DNA of 64,000 nucleotides from Guillardia theta CCMP2712 (lineage: Eukaryota; Protista; Cryptophyta). The notes under the pieces were generated by a model. That model saw only the letters and a list, made by a program, of their open reading frames with translations, ran no database searches and was not told the origin of the DNA. The stretch covers positions 223,195-287,194 of the forward strand of contig NW_005434577.1 in NCBI RefSeq assembly GCF_000315625.1, written 5' to 3'. The position numbers were made by a program, and so were the translations under genes. Of the stretch, positions 39,241 to 51,548 are shown one piece after another (the stretch's first letter is position 1; each line of letters starts with the position of its first letter).

Positions 39241-40981
39241 CGGTCCCAGGGCTGTGGCACTACCAGTGCAAGTGCTTTGACGTCGCGAATCTCCGTCTCC
39301 TGGCGAAGGTGTTTCAGTGGCCACAGAACCAGGCACAGGAGGGTTCATCTGTCCTGCAACCTGCCCCTGGCACCCCTCCATCTGACCTTCAGTTCGCCTA
39401 CTTCAAACGTCAGTTGCCTTATAGTGCTGGAGGAGATGGGTTCACCCCGCAGGAGGGCGTGGCCTACACCGCATTCTGGTCGGCGACTGCCAAGTTTCTC
39501 AAATGGGCGGGTGAAATTGCCATCTTCCAGCATTGGACTTTCGGCCCTACACCGCCACTCTTCCACCGGATCAATTCTGACACTGAGCTTCGAATCCGCC
39601 AACCGCAGCAAGCGGACGCTGGGGATGTTGTCCCCATGCTTGCTGCCTTCTTGGACACTCACAGGCACTTGATGGAGCAGGGCATCTCGGCGTACACCTC
39701 CTTGGCGGAGCTTCCTCAGGCGTGCGACAATGGCTGGATCCCCTCGCCTGAATTATTTGGGACGTCGGGCAGTGTGCTTTTCATCCCCGCCCAGCGGGAG
39801 CTCACGGCTCAGTTCCTCTCGGAGTTTCCCCGGTTCCGCAGTATTCGGGCTCACCTTTCAGAGCGCCAGAGATCTTTGTTGGCACACCACTCCAGCTTCT
39901 CTACTCCCCTTCGAGTACCAGGCCACCCGGTTGATGAACTTCTGTCTCAGTTTACCCCTCAGCGCACGATTTGGCACTCGACTATGGAAAGTACAAACCT
40001 TGGGATCTTTGAGCAGCAGCCCATCAGCTTGGTGGCTGCCGCTGACAAGTTTCTTCATGGATTGCCGGTTGACCTCCCGCCGCACTGCGATCGATGCCAT
40101 CATCTTCTCCGTCATCCTGGGGGGACCACACACATGGCAACCTGCAGGCACCGCAGCCAGTTATGGACTGATGCGCATGAGAAGTGCAATGCCGTCCTCA
40201 GTACCCTCATCAAAGATTCCGGAGTGAGATGCCGCGTCCACGTGCAAGGCGTACCCGGCACCAGGCAGAACGTTTCCCAACATGGCCCGGAAGATCATCA
40301 TGTAGGGGACTTTGAACTTCCACAACTGATGGCTACTGGCGGCGGATGGCATGGGTTAATCCTGGACTTCAGCATGTCACATGTGTTTGACAATGATGGA
40401 ATACCGGACCTCGCTCGGAGCAAACTGCAAGCGGCAGCACAGCGGAAGATCCGAGGGCATCGTAATGCATATGCTCAACACGTCCCGCCAAAGGCCTTTC
40501 TTCCCATCATCGCCAGCACTGATGGCCTCTTGCAGGACGATGCGTTGCGCTTTCTGTGGTGGCTGGCGGATCGCTCGGCGAACAAGGAAACGGCAGCGCT
40601 GGATGGTCTCTCGGCCTCGCAAGACGTCTCAGGTGATCCGACTTGCAAACGCATTCGGTCCAGGATCTTCCGTCAGCTCAAGGCCTCCCTGTCCTACGCT
40701 GCCATCATCGCGGGTGCATCCCGGTATGCGTCTCATTCCTTCGGCGGCGGCCACCGCGACATCGCTGGCATGGCCGCGCGGGGGACTTGTCCTGCGCGCC
40801 GTTAAGTGAAGGTATCAGTTAAGTTTGGGGGACAGCAGTCGGCAGGATTAGGTTTGGTTCTCGCTGTCTTTTCTCTTCTCGCCGTTTGGCCTGTGCGACA
40901 GTGTCAGGCTGAGGGTCAAGCGCGGCCTCCTCGACTCTCCTGATTGTCCTCGTACTGATTTTTAACTTAACTTTGAGTAAA
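39241..40981 (+). mobile_element. 5'-truncated CRE-like non-LTR retrotransposon (restriction-like endonuclease type); RT core lost
   Basis: Intronless ORF ending at 40805. It has the post-RT motif QLPYSAGGDG, a CCHC (CDRC-x11-H-x3-C), AH..NAVL, VGDF (PD-like), LILDFSMSH, RK..H..Y and FLPIIASTDG. The 3' terminus recurs at 9761-9806. No TSD or poly(A) seen. Confidence 0.8.
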
Positions 40982-41380
40982 GTAAGACTGTAGGGCCGCC
41001 GGGACTGCCGCCGGGACAAGTTGACCCATGAAATTGAAGATGAACGGTTCACGGTTGGACTGGTGAGACTCAGAGGGGACCGGACTGAGGTGGCCGGGCC
41101 CGGGCCCGGGCCCCGGTCCCGGCGGCGGGTCACCACTGGCCAGTTGTCAGTGAATCGAGATGATCATCCGAGATCATGGATCGGAGTCCAACACTGACAA
41201 GTGGGGCGTTCAAGGGACTCTAAGACGAGAACGTAAACTGAAGCTATGATTGGCCGCAATGCGACAGATCATCAGGGAGGAGTCGGAGACTCAACCCTCT
41301 GGCAGGCATACTGTACTAGAGGCGATGAGCGAGGACCAACCGGGATCCGTCAGGCCGTGGTGGAGGAACAGAAGGGTGGG

Positions 41381-41452
41381 GAAGAAGAAGAAGAAGAAGA
41401 AGAAGAAGAAGAAGAAGAAGAAGAAGAAGAAGAAGAAGAAGAAGAAGAAGAA
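41381..41452. repeat. (GAA)n microsatellite
   Basis: About 24 perfect units. Confidence 0.95.
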
Positions 41453-41976
41453 CAAGAAGTTCAAGAAGAACCACGATCAACTGATCGAGGTTGAATATCT
41501 ATCCAACAAGGAGGAATGTCAGCAACAAGGAGTAATCAGAATAAACCCTTGCAACATCAGATTGATGACGACAATGGATCTCCAGATACATACAGATCAA
41601 TGATCGCTAATAGGTGAAAGTCGACCTAGACCACCCTTGGTATCACAAGTATCCTCTTGAGATTGTACTCGAGGATGCGCCCAAAAGTTATTGATGCGTT
41701 CAAGTCTGCACTTTTGATGCAGCAGGAGCAAGCTTGAAAGCAGAGCTAAGGTATCATGCTTACATGCCGATGGATCAAAAAACGATCACTGTTGTACCAG
41801 GATGGTATCTTCAGTCATCTCGCTCGAGGGTCGTAGAGGCCAAGTGGAGGCCAAGAGGTCAAGCAAGCATCTGGCGTTGCAGATTCCAAGAGGCGCAACG
41901 ATGGTTTCGATCGAGCTCGGTGAGATTTGCTCCGATCTCCGTTAGCTTAACCTTTTTCTCCATCACTCATCTTCTT

Positions 41977-43107
41977 CTACGTGCTCCCTCCCCCGCAAGT
42001 GCCCTTCAGTCCTAGCAGACCGATCGCTGCCGCCCGTGCTCGCATAATGCTGCTGCCCCCGCACTCCTTGCATCCCGATCGGACCCGCCCGTGCTCGCAT
42101 ATGCTGCTGCCCCCGCATCCCTTGCATCTCGATCTGATCCGCCCGTGCTCGCATATGCTGCTGCCCCCGCACTCCTTGCATCTCGATCGCTGCCGCCCGT
42201 GCTCGCATATGCTCCTGCCCCCGCACTCCTTGCATTGCGATCGGACCCGCCCGTGCTCGCATATGCTGCCCCCCCCGCATCCCTTGCATCTCGATCTGAT
42301 CCGCCCGTGCTCGCATATGCTCCTGCCCCCGCATCCCTTGCAGACCGATCGCTGCCGCCCGTGCTCGCATATGCTCCTGCCCCCGCACTCCTTGCATTGC
42401 GATCGCTGCCGCCCGTGCTCACATATGCTCCTGCCCCCGCACTCCTTGCATCCCGATCGCTGCCGCCCGTGCTCACATATGCTCCTGCCCCCGCACTCCT
42501 TGCATCCCGATCGCTGCCGCCCGTGCTCGCATATGCTGCTGCCCCCGCATCCCTTGCATACCGATCGCTGCCGCCCGTGCTCGCATATGCTGCCGCCCCC
42601 GCATCCCTTGCATTCCAATCGCCGCCGTCCGTGCTCGCATATGCTGCTGCCCCCGCACTCCTTGCATTGCGATCGTCGCCGCCCGTGCTCGCATATGCTC
42701 CTGCCCCCGCATCCCTTGCATCCCGATCGGACCCGCCCGTGCTCGCATATGCTGCCCCCCCCGCATCCCTTGCATTGCGATCGTTCCCGCCCGTGCTCGC
42801 ATATGCTGCTGCCCCCGCACTCCTTGCATTGCGATCGTCGCCGCCCGTGCTCGCATATGCTGCTGCCCCCGCACTCCTTGCATTGCGATCGTCGCCGCCC
42901 GTGCTCGCATATGCTGCTGCCCCCGCACTCCTTGCATTGCGATCGCTGCCGCCCGTGCTCACATAAACTCCTTCGTATCCTTTTGTTTTCTACTCGTCCT
43001 TCTCCTTTCAATGTGTCAACTCCTTCTCTTCCTTCTTGTCTCTCCTTCTCATCGCTCATCTTCCTCCTCCTCTTGCGTGTCGTTCCACAGTCTGCTGCTG
43101 TAGACAT
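41977..43107 (-). CDS. Zinc-repeat array protein 1: NLS-like leader, 17 x CEHGRxRSxCKxCGGxSI and a frameshifted 18th repeat
   Basis: 54-bp tandem units. An extra base near 42046 shifts the last CEHGRQRSVC out of frame. Confidence 0.85.
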   Translation of the reverse strand: MSTAADCGTTRKRRRKMSDEKERQEGREGVDTLKGEGRVENKRIRRSLCEHGRQRSQCKECGGSSICEHGRRRSQCKECGGSSICEHGRRRSQCKECGGSSICEHGRERSQCKGCGGGSICEHGRVRSGCKGCGGRSICEHGRRRSQCKECGGSSICEHGRRRLECKGCGGGSICEHGRQRSVCKGCGGSSICEHGRQRSGCKECGGRSICEHGRQRSGCKECGGRSICEHGRQRSQCKECGGRSICEHGRQRSVCKGCGGRSICEHGRIRSRCKGCGGGSICEHGRVRSQCKECGGRSICEHGRQRSRCKECGGSSICEHGRIRSRCKGCGGSSICEHGRVRSGCKECGGSSIMRARAAAIGLLGLKGTCGGGST

Positions 43108-43970
43108 CGCAGGAATACAGCGCTGCCCTCTAGCTGTTGGACGTGGCGCTGCACTCTTTCGCTAGATCTGTTCTCGTGCGGGCGTTTATTAATGCATAGG
43201 TTTGGGGTAGGTAGTCTCGGCATAGGAGAATAGTACCTGTTCTTATTATTCAAAACGTTTTATTTTGTACTGATTAATTTACTCAATAAAAATTTCAGAA
43301 GAATAGTTTTTTAATTGTAAATGATATTTGTACTGATATGAATAATGCAGTACAAATATCAATGGCAATAACGAAAATTTTATAGCATCAAAACAATGAG
43401 TAAACCTTCGCTGGGTGCAGGGAGCTGAATAAACCATCAGGGGCTTTTTGAAAACTTAGATTGTAAACTTTCTTCCCAAATTTGAAACTCTGAAAAACGT
43501 ATTTGATAATATTTCTATATAAATAGAAAATTGCTGATTATTTGGAAATCAAAACGATAAAGCATGGACGACGGAAAGATCTCGGGGGTAGAATTGAACG
43601 GGTAGTGTTTGACCTGCCCACTAGGGGTACTTATACTTCGACTACCCTATATCTTTATAGTAAAACAAAGTAAAGGGGGTGGGTCCTCAGTCCCTGCGAG
43701 ATCCGCTGCCCGTCGCCAATGGCAGATGTCGAGTTTTCTAGTACGGAAGCGGGATGCAGGGGAGCGGGGATGAAGGGAAGCAGGGACACAGGGCAGGAGT
43801 TAGAAGGGGAGCAGGAGCAGGAGGGGACGAGGGGACGAGGGGAGCAGGAGAACAGGAGATCAGAGGAGGAGCAGGACGGTAGAAGGAAAGAAAAGGTAGC
43901 AGGAAAAGCTGAGACGGCAACGAGGCGAGGAGAGCAGGCAGGGTTGATGTGGTGGGGGGGAGGGTTCGTA

Positions 43971-44033
43971 ACAAGAAATTTCCTTGAAGAAACCTTACCA
44001 TGTACAAGAAATTTCCTTGAAGAAACCTTACCA
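43971..44033. repeat. ~31-bp tandem duplication
   Basis: ACAAGAAATTTCCTTGAAGAAACCTTACCAT occurs twice. Confidence 0.85.
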
Positions 44034-44249
44034 TTGAGAAATATTTTCCTTTGGTGATTGTATGAACCGTGTGTGCTGATACGGTTTTCTTTCTATTTTG
44101 CAGTCAGGTCCCTTGCCTTATTTCCCTATCACAGCTGCAGACTCTTGTCTCTTTCTTCCTTGCATGTTGTTGGAAACACCATGAAACATAGCACACACAA
44201 TGCCTCTGTTGTTGCAGCTGCTGGTTTGGTGCTTAGCTGTGCATGACAG

Positions 44250-46063
44250 ATGTCGGACTACGGAGGAGGCGATCACGGATCGGGCGGCAATCAGGAGTAT
44301 CAATCTGGGCTTGTTTATCAGCAAGGGCAAGAGGGCCAAGGAGGAGGTGCTGGTGCTGACTACACGAGTGGCTATGCCGTTGCAAGCGAATATCCCGGAG
44401 GCAGCAGAGCTGACATGGGACAATCCAACGAGCCGGCTGGTTTCAAACTTTTTGTCGGCGGGATCCCATGGAAGTACAGTGACGAGGATCTTCGGGAGCA
44501 TTTCTCTCAATACGGAAACGTGATTTCTGCGAACGTGAGATAGCGAGTGTCGATCGTGTGGTCGCGTTGTGATGGAGAGCCGTGCAGGTCATTGTTGAGA
44601 AAGTTGGTGAACATGCTGGAAAGTCTCGAGGGTTTGGCTTCGTCATTTATGAAAGGAAGGAAGATTCTGAAGAAGCCATCCGCGTCTTGCATGAGTCAGA
44701 GATCGAAGGCCGAAAGGTACAAAGTTGGAAACCTGACTCTGTGGAGCTCACTAGTCCTGGTGCAGATCACAGTCAAAGTTGCGACTGAGAGAGCTCCAGG
44801 TTCGGGCCCGATGAGAGATAGAAGGTATCTGCTCCTGTTTTACAGGGTCCATGGTATCACTCATACTCTTGACTGCTCAGACCCATGGGTGACAGGAGAG
44901 ACTTTGGCCGGGATCGTGAGAGAATGGGTAAGTTGAAACCTTGTGTTGGTGTTGATATCTGGCATCCATTCCTTTCATGTTCACAAACGCCACTGTCATG
45001 AAGATGTAGGCTTTTATGACAGAATTTCAGATCGTCCTCGATCCCCTCCACGCATGGACGAACGTGGGCCTCCCCGCGGCTATTATCGGCATGATGACAG
45101 GGACATGGGAAGGCCGATGCCTGACGATAGAGGTCCTCGGGGCGGACCGCCGATGGATCGTTATCCTCCAAGAGGGATGGATGACCGTAGAGGAGACTTT
45201 CGTAGAGGGCCAGACAGATACGGAGACCGCGGCGACGATCGTTTCGGACCAGACGGTGGTCGCAATGACGATCGCGGGATGGGCAGACCATCCTACATGC
45301 AAGACCGTGGCGGCTATCCTCCCGACAGGGGCTTCCCTCGAGGAATGGATGATCGCGGTCCCCGTGGGCCTCCGTGAGAGCCGCTCTTCTGGTGGAAGGA
45401 GTGGTGCTGATCGGTTTTCAGGATGGACGACAGGGGGGGACGAATGGGTGGTGGCATGAGAGGTGCTTGTCTTTAACGTTAGATAGCTGTCCTGACTTGG
45501 CGGTGTGCAAGTAGATTATGACGGTCGTGGGTATGGACGAGGGGAGCGAGGACCTCCTCCCGGCGATCGATCCGCCGAGAGGCCCCGAATGGATGATCGC
45601 CGTCCTCCAGGTTTGGGAGCTAAAAAGGGGGTTGGTGCTTCTCTTTCATCTGACGATCGAGAAGGTGGGATGAGAGATGATCGTGGTCGTGGCCCTCCAG
45701 GTGACTAGAAACGTTTCACCCTGCATGTTGGCGTTGCGGGACTGACCCAGCTACAGTCGACAGAGACTTCGGACGGGGTGGCCCTGGTCCTTACTCTGGA
45801 GATCCTTACCGGGGCGGACCCGGGTAAACTTCTCGTTTTTGTTGGATCATTCCTGAATCAAGCAACAGTGGAGCTCCGGCTGGTCCAGGGTACGGTCAGG
45901 GTCCTCCAGGCGGCATGCCAGGTACACAAAGAAATGATGGGTGTAACTCTCGGCCTGACTGGGACTGTTAGACATGGATCGAAGGGGCCCTCCTCCTGAC
46001 GGTCGCGGTGGTCCAATGCGCCCATTTGATAGAGATGGCAGAGACAGAGCACGTCCATACTGA
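44250..46063 (+). CDS. RRM plus RG/RD/PP-rich RNA-binding protein (multi-exon)
   Basis: KLFVGGIPWKYSDEDLREHFSQYG..GKSRGFGFV.Y, then DDRGPRGGPP-type repeats, ending DRARPY*. Confidence 0.85.
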
Positions 46064-46769
46064 TCGATGCCTTCCGAAGATGCTCGCAACGCATATGTTG
46101 GCAACTCCGTGTTGCAATGATGCATCAGTACGCTGAAGAAATCTGGGCTGGAATACGTTCAGTCCTCCGATTCATCCAGCATATAATTCCTTGGCGCGGG
46201 GATTGTGGATATTCGGGACACCATCAATTTTTTTGCAGGAATCGGATCAATCGAGTCCCAATTTATCTCAGTTGTTTGCAAGTTCGTATGGCACTGCTTA
46301 TGACTAATATGATATGCTAAGGATAATACTAGCGTTGTCTGCCTCTTGCACGGACAATGATTGCTTGGGAAAATGATTCTTGATCGCAGTTTATGAGATT
46401 GCCGCATTGGTTAATTTGTTTGCAAGCGTCAACTCTCTTTCTCACGCATATCAATTTTCTGTTCCCTTTGATTCTCATCGCAATTTTTTTGCTCTCTCTG
46501 ATTATTTTCAATCTCTCTCCTTCATTTCAGCAGCATGAGGGCAGCAGAGACTTGAGCAGAGTCGACTTGTGAGAAATGCACGTATGAGGCCATGATGCAG
46601 TCATGTTGGGTTGCAGAGATGCTGTGAGTTGCCTTGTAAGTCGTGCAGAGGGAGATCGTCAAGTGAGAAGGCGTGTTGAGTTGAGTGCAAGCACAACAGA
46701 GAGTGATGTTTGCTAAGTGCAAGTGCAATTCTTGTCAGTTAACTTGAATGAGGGGTGCTAGGCGTCTTC

Positions 46770-47418
46770 AGATCTGCAATCGATCCTTTTCCGGCAGGCC
46801 CCTACACTCTCTTCTCACCATTGAACGCTGAGATCGTTTGATCCTTCTCATCCTGCTCGACGCCTGTCTGCTGATCTTGTTGATGCGGTTTATTTGATTC
46901 GGTCAAGCTGATCTGTTAAATAATATCGTAATCTCCTCGCCGCCGTCGCAGCTCATCTAGTCCAATGTCATGGGCCAATGCACCTGGCGTGATTGTACCT
47001 GTCGGAGTTGAGGCATCGATGCGAAGGATCACTGGATCGCAGCGAGCAAGATTGAAACAAGCGCTGAGAGCGTTTGGTCATTGCAAGCGATGACAAGAGG
47101 AGAGAAGGACGGGGCAATGGTGAGGAGGGTAAGAGAACGAGGGAGAACAACTCAATGACGGGTGATGTCAAGGTTACCCGAAGAGAGTGAAGCTCCCTGC
47201 AGACCAGCAGAGGAAAATTATCTGGGAAGTTACCTTCAGTTTGACCTGCGGGAGTACAAGGGGGAGTTCTTACCAGGAACAAGCAGACGAGGGGGTAGAA
47301 GATGGCTGACCAGTCTTGATTGTTCTCGAAAGTGACGTAGTTGGGGCTCGTCGGATCGACCCAGCAGAAATAAGATTTGCCCTGCAAGCATGTCACCGAG
47401 GCTGATGTGGAGAGGGCG

Positions 47419-47451
<33 letters not shown>

Positions 47452-48430
47452 AGAGAAGTTACCTCCTCGTACTTGCCAATGGCATCTTTCTGCTCATCGG
47501 GGTCAAGCCAGTGCCAGTCTTCTAACTTGATGTAGGCGCTGCAGCTAAAGTGAGAGAGGAAGGGATGGCCGGCGAGCCTCCTACGTCGAGCCGTTATTGA
47601 TCGTGGTCCCCGTGGAGCAAAAGATAACGTCTGCCACCACGAATGTCACAAGATAGAATAAACAAATCTAAAAGAAAGAAGAGAGGAGAAGAGATAGAAG
47701 AGAGAACACAAACTTAAAAGAAAGAAGAGACGAGGGGGAAGAGAGGAGAGAAAGGTCGGGGGAGGGGGCAATGATAGATTGGAAAAAACCGTTCTCCGGG
47801 TTGTATGTCTTGCTGCCTTGCATGTCGGACATTTCAATGTCTGAACAGGAAATCAACATTTCATGATTGTTGACAACGAAACCTCACCGTTTCCTATCTG
47901 CCCATGACATTGTATGTGACTCACGTTGACGGGTAGCTGCAAACAAGCGTGACATACTCTCCTCTCCTCCAACTGTCCACTCACATGTGCTACTTGCACT
48001 TCATGTCCATGGTGAGTGTGATACGACAACAGTTGTGCCTTCCCTGCGATCATACAATCGGCGGGAACCAAGTTGTGCCATTTTCTACAGGGAGCAATTC
48101 AGAAACAAGACAGATTGCTAGCTCTTGAGCTTCACCTGATCTCCGGAACCAACTGCCACCAGATCAAGTACGTAGCCAGGATAACAAGGACGAGAGTGTA
48201 GGCCATCGCGCGAACCACTGAATCTTTCTTGCCGCAAGCACTGGCGTCAAGATCTCAGACGTTCCAAGATTAAGCGTGATGCACAACAGATGTAGAACTT
48301 GCCTGCAGCGATAAAGAACAGGAAAGAGATGACAAGGATAATGACCCAGCCATTCGTCTCTGCCAGATTTTGTCATGGTGGCAAGCACGAGGACAGGACA
48401 GTCAAACCTGCGAGGTCCCCTACAGGCATT
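46770..48430 (-). CDS. Two-TM membrane protein with a Cys-rich loop (multi-exon)
   Basis: TM1 AMAYTLVLVILATYLIWWQLVP; loop with ADCMI, CHAC, CPTC and YFCWVDP; TM2 WSAIFYPLVCLFL|IIFLCW. Ends are approximate. Confidence 0.55.
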
Positions 48431-49442
48431 CTTCCAGCAACACAAAATGAACGCGCACTCCCGAGCTCCTCTCTGAGCGCTTGTCTTCAATCAGCTTTCA
48501 TGGAGCTGACTCCCCTCAAACCACTCGTCTCGTCATTGCCTCGGTAGATTTACCCTGCCAATACCTGGAGGAAGAGTTCAGTCGTTAGTCAGAGCGAGTG
48601 AGGAGCTCTGAATGCTTGCTGGCTCAGTGTGAAAGAATCATTCCAAGACCATTCGAGAACATGAAAGGATCTTCTCTTTTCGCATCTCTTTCTTTCTACC
48701 GGCTATGTGTACTCTCTACAGGTCCGAATATCCCATGTAAGATCTTTGAAGTGAATTCTCTTTGTATAAATCAGATGCGCTCTGTTTCTTCCAGTTAGCA
48801 TCATATGATTGGATCCCCGGAACAATTCTTCACCATGCAAATTTCTTCTATTTGAATCACTCCATCGATCGTCCTTCTCCTCTTCGCCCTTTTGCTGCTG
48901 CTGCTGCTGCTGCTGCTGCTACTGATGCTGACGCTGCTCCTTCTCATAAATCTCGAATATTTCTATCATGATCATTCCAATCTCCATTTCATCAGTGCAT
49001 CAAACAACTACACCATCCTCGTGCTGCTGGAAACGAAAACCTCCTCCTGCTCCTCCTCCTGATCCTGCTCCTCTTCCTCCTCCTCCTCCTGCTCCTCCTG
49101 CTCCTCTTCCTCCTTCTCTCCCTCTGCTACTCTATTTCCTCATTTCACTGTATCGTTGCCCCGGCGCCCTTTCGTCAACACCGTTATAAACCGTTACTCG
49201 CTTTGCGGCCCGGCCGGGGCCCAGTTACCCTTTATTTGACTGAAAAAGAAGGACAAACCGAAGCAAACAAAGGATAGAGCCAACAAACCCGCCTCAATAA
49301 AATACTAGGAAACGAAGGAGGCAGCGAAAACCGGCACCAACCACGCAAGCGACTCCAACCACGCAAGCGACCCGCATTTGAGCCGGCGCTGCTGCGGCGC
49401 TGTGTCAGAGTGATGTATGAGGGGGATGAGTGACAGCGCAAC

Positions 49443-50516
49443 ATGTCGGCTGTAGGAGGTAGCAGGTCGAGCAAGAGGAGAAGGCTGGAGGGATCAGACG
49501 AGGCGAGAGAGGAGAGAGAAATGGAAGCAAACGCAAAGAGAGCGAAGAAGAGATCGCCAACACGAAGAAGTACATGCGAGCATGGACGGCAGCGATCGAA
49601 ATGCAAGGGATGCGGGGGCGGCAGCATATGCGAGCACGGGCGGGTCCGATCGGTCTGCAAGGAGTGCGGGGGCAGCAGCATATGCGAGCACGGGCGGGTC
49701 AGATCGGTCTGCAAGGGATGCGGGGGCAGGAGCATATGCGAGCACGGGCGGGAGCGATCGAAATGCAAGGGATGCGGGGGCAGGAGCATATGCGAGCACG
49801 GGCGGCAGCGATCGGGATGCAAGCGCTGCGGGGGCAGCAGCATATGTGAGCACGGGCGGGAGCGATCGAGATGCAAGGAGTGCGGGGGCAGCAGCATATG
49901 CGAGCACGGGCGGGAGCGATCGAGATGCAAGGAGTGCGGGGGCAGGAGCATATGCGAGCATGGGCGGCAGCGATCGCAATGCAAGGGATGCGGGGGCAGC
50001 AGCATATGCGAGCACGGGCGGGTGAGATCGGGATGCAAGGGATGCGGGGGCCGCAGCATATGCGAGCACGGGCGAGTGAGATCGGGATGCAAGGACTGCG
50101 GGGGCAGCAGCATATGCGAGCACGGGCGGCGGCGATCGGGATGCAAGGACTGCGGGGGCAGGAGCATATGCGAGCACGGGCGGCAGCGATCGAGATGCAA
50201 GGGCTGCGGGGGCAGCAGCATATGCCAGCACGGGCGGGTGAGATCGCAATGCAAGGGATGCGGGGGCAGGAGCATATGCGAGCACGGGCGGCAGCGATCG
50301 GTCTGCAAGGGATGCGGGGGGGGCAGCATATGCGAGCACGGGCGGGTCCGATCGGTCTGCAAGGGCTGCGGGGGGAGCAGCATATGCGAGCACGGGCGGG
50401 TGAGATCGGTATGCAAGGAATGCAGGGGAGGGAGCATATGCGAGCACGGGCGGGTGAAATCGAGATGCAAGGGATGCGGGGGAGGAAGCAGCAAGTACAA
50501 GCAGGAGAGGAGCTGA
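49443..50516 (+). CDS. Zinc-repeat array protein 2: KRRR leader plus 17 repeats
   Basis: 54-bp tandem units encoding CxHGRxRSxCKxCGGxSI. Confidence 0.85.
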   Translation: MSAVGGSRSSKRRRLEGSDEAREEREMEANAKRAKKRSPTRRSTCEHGRQRSKCKGCGGGSICEHGRVRSVCKECGGSSICEHGRVRSVCKGCGGRSICEHGRERSKCKGCGGRSICEHGRQRSGCKRCGGSSICEHGRERSRCKECGGSSICEHGRERSRCKECGGRSICEHGRQRSQCKGCGGSSICEHGRVRSGCKGCGGRSICEHGRVRSGCKDCGGSSICEHGRRRSGCKDCGGRSICEHGRQRSRCKGCGGSSICQHGRVRSQCKGCGGRSICEHGRQRSVCKGCGGGSICEHGRVRSVCKGCGGSSICEHGRVRSVCKECRGGSICEHGRVKSRCKGCGGGSSKYKQERS

Positions 50517-51548
50517 TCAGGAGCGGACAAGATGTTGCTGTGTAGCAGGATGACTGGCTTGCAGGGATGGCATGGTCGCGCTGGGCAAGGAGGTAACTCA
50601 GTAGCGGTAGAATGTGGTACCGGTAGGCTATCCAGCACCAGCCACGCAACCCCCACCCACTCTTGTAAGGGATGGAGGGGGACGGCCGCGTTCGCAAGGC
50701 AGGGTCGGGGTGGTTGGTAACGCTCGTAGGAGGGAGAGGCTGGCAGGAGACGTGGGAGCGGCATTGAGATTTAGGGGCTTGACGTAAAACACTTGAATGG
50801 TAATGGAATAACGAATAGAAACGGCAGGGCAGGTGGAGGCAAGTAGTACGAGTAGACTTGTACGGTATGACGGTCATGCGGACAGCATCAGCTCACCTTC
50901 ACGAGAAGACCGTCCAAGTCGCTCGAGACGGAGCTAAAGTCACGACACAGAGGAGTAGAGGAGCACAGGGAAGGTAGACTGAACACCAGGGTGTGGCTCC
51001 TCATGGCATACCCACATGAGGGAGGTCCTCGTGAGACCTCTAGGAGGGTCTCTGCTGGATTCGTGAGCGAGGAAATCCAGGGAGGGCGCCGGATAGTGAG
51101 GAGGGAGCACCTGGAGAGGTGATGAAGGAGAAGAAGGAGGAGCCATGTGGTAGTGTTTGTTGCATGATTTGTCTGGGATAGAGTGTCGGCGGTTGCTGGA
51201 AGATTGATCTGAGACAGCTGAGGAGCTTGTAAGAGAGGCAGAGATCATGATGGGAGCACGGAAGGATGCAGCTTAGTCCTCATGTGAGGGAGCGCTGGAG
51301 TCACGCAGAGCGGCGATGGCGAGACAATGAGGACGTCTTTTAGGAGAGCAACGCTGAACGTCTTACAGGTAAGGGACATGATGGTGCGATCAAGACCGTA
51401 CAGCGAGAACCAGCCCTCATCCTGCCGACTGCTGTCCCCCAACAAAATACTAGGAAACGGGCCTCCAGAGTTACATTCTTTGATCTGCCCTTCGTTTCTG
51501 CTAGGACTCTCTCTGAGGCGGACTGTGATGATGGCTACCTAATCTGCC

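Noticed and set aside
41246-41900. Poly-Lys / poly-Glu ORFs
   Set aside because: They derive from the (GAA)n tract and I could not support a gene model.
49570-50490. Calling the arrays DnaJ CR-type or C2H2 zinc fingers
   Set aside because: The spacing is CxH-x6-CxxC with an 18-aa period. It is neither CxxCxGxG pairs with a J domain nor C2H2.
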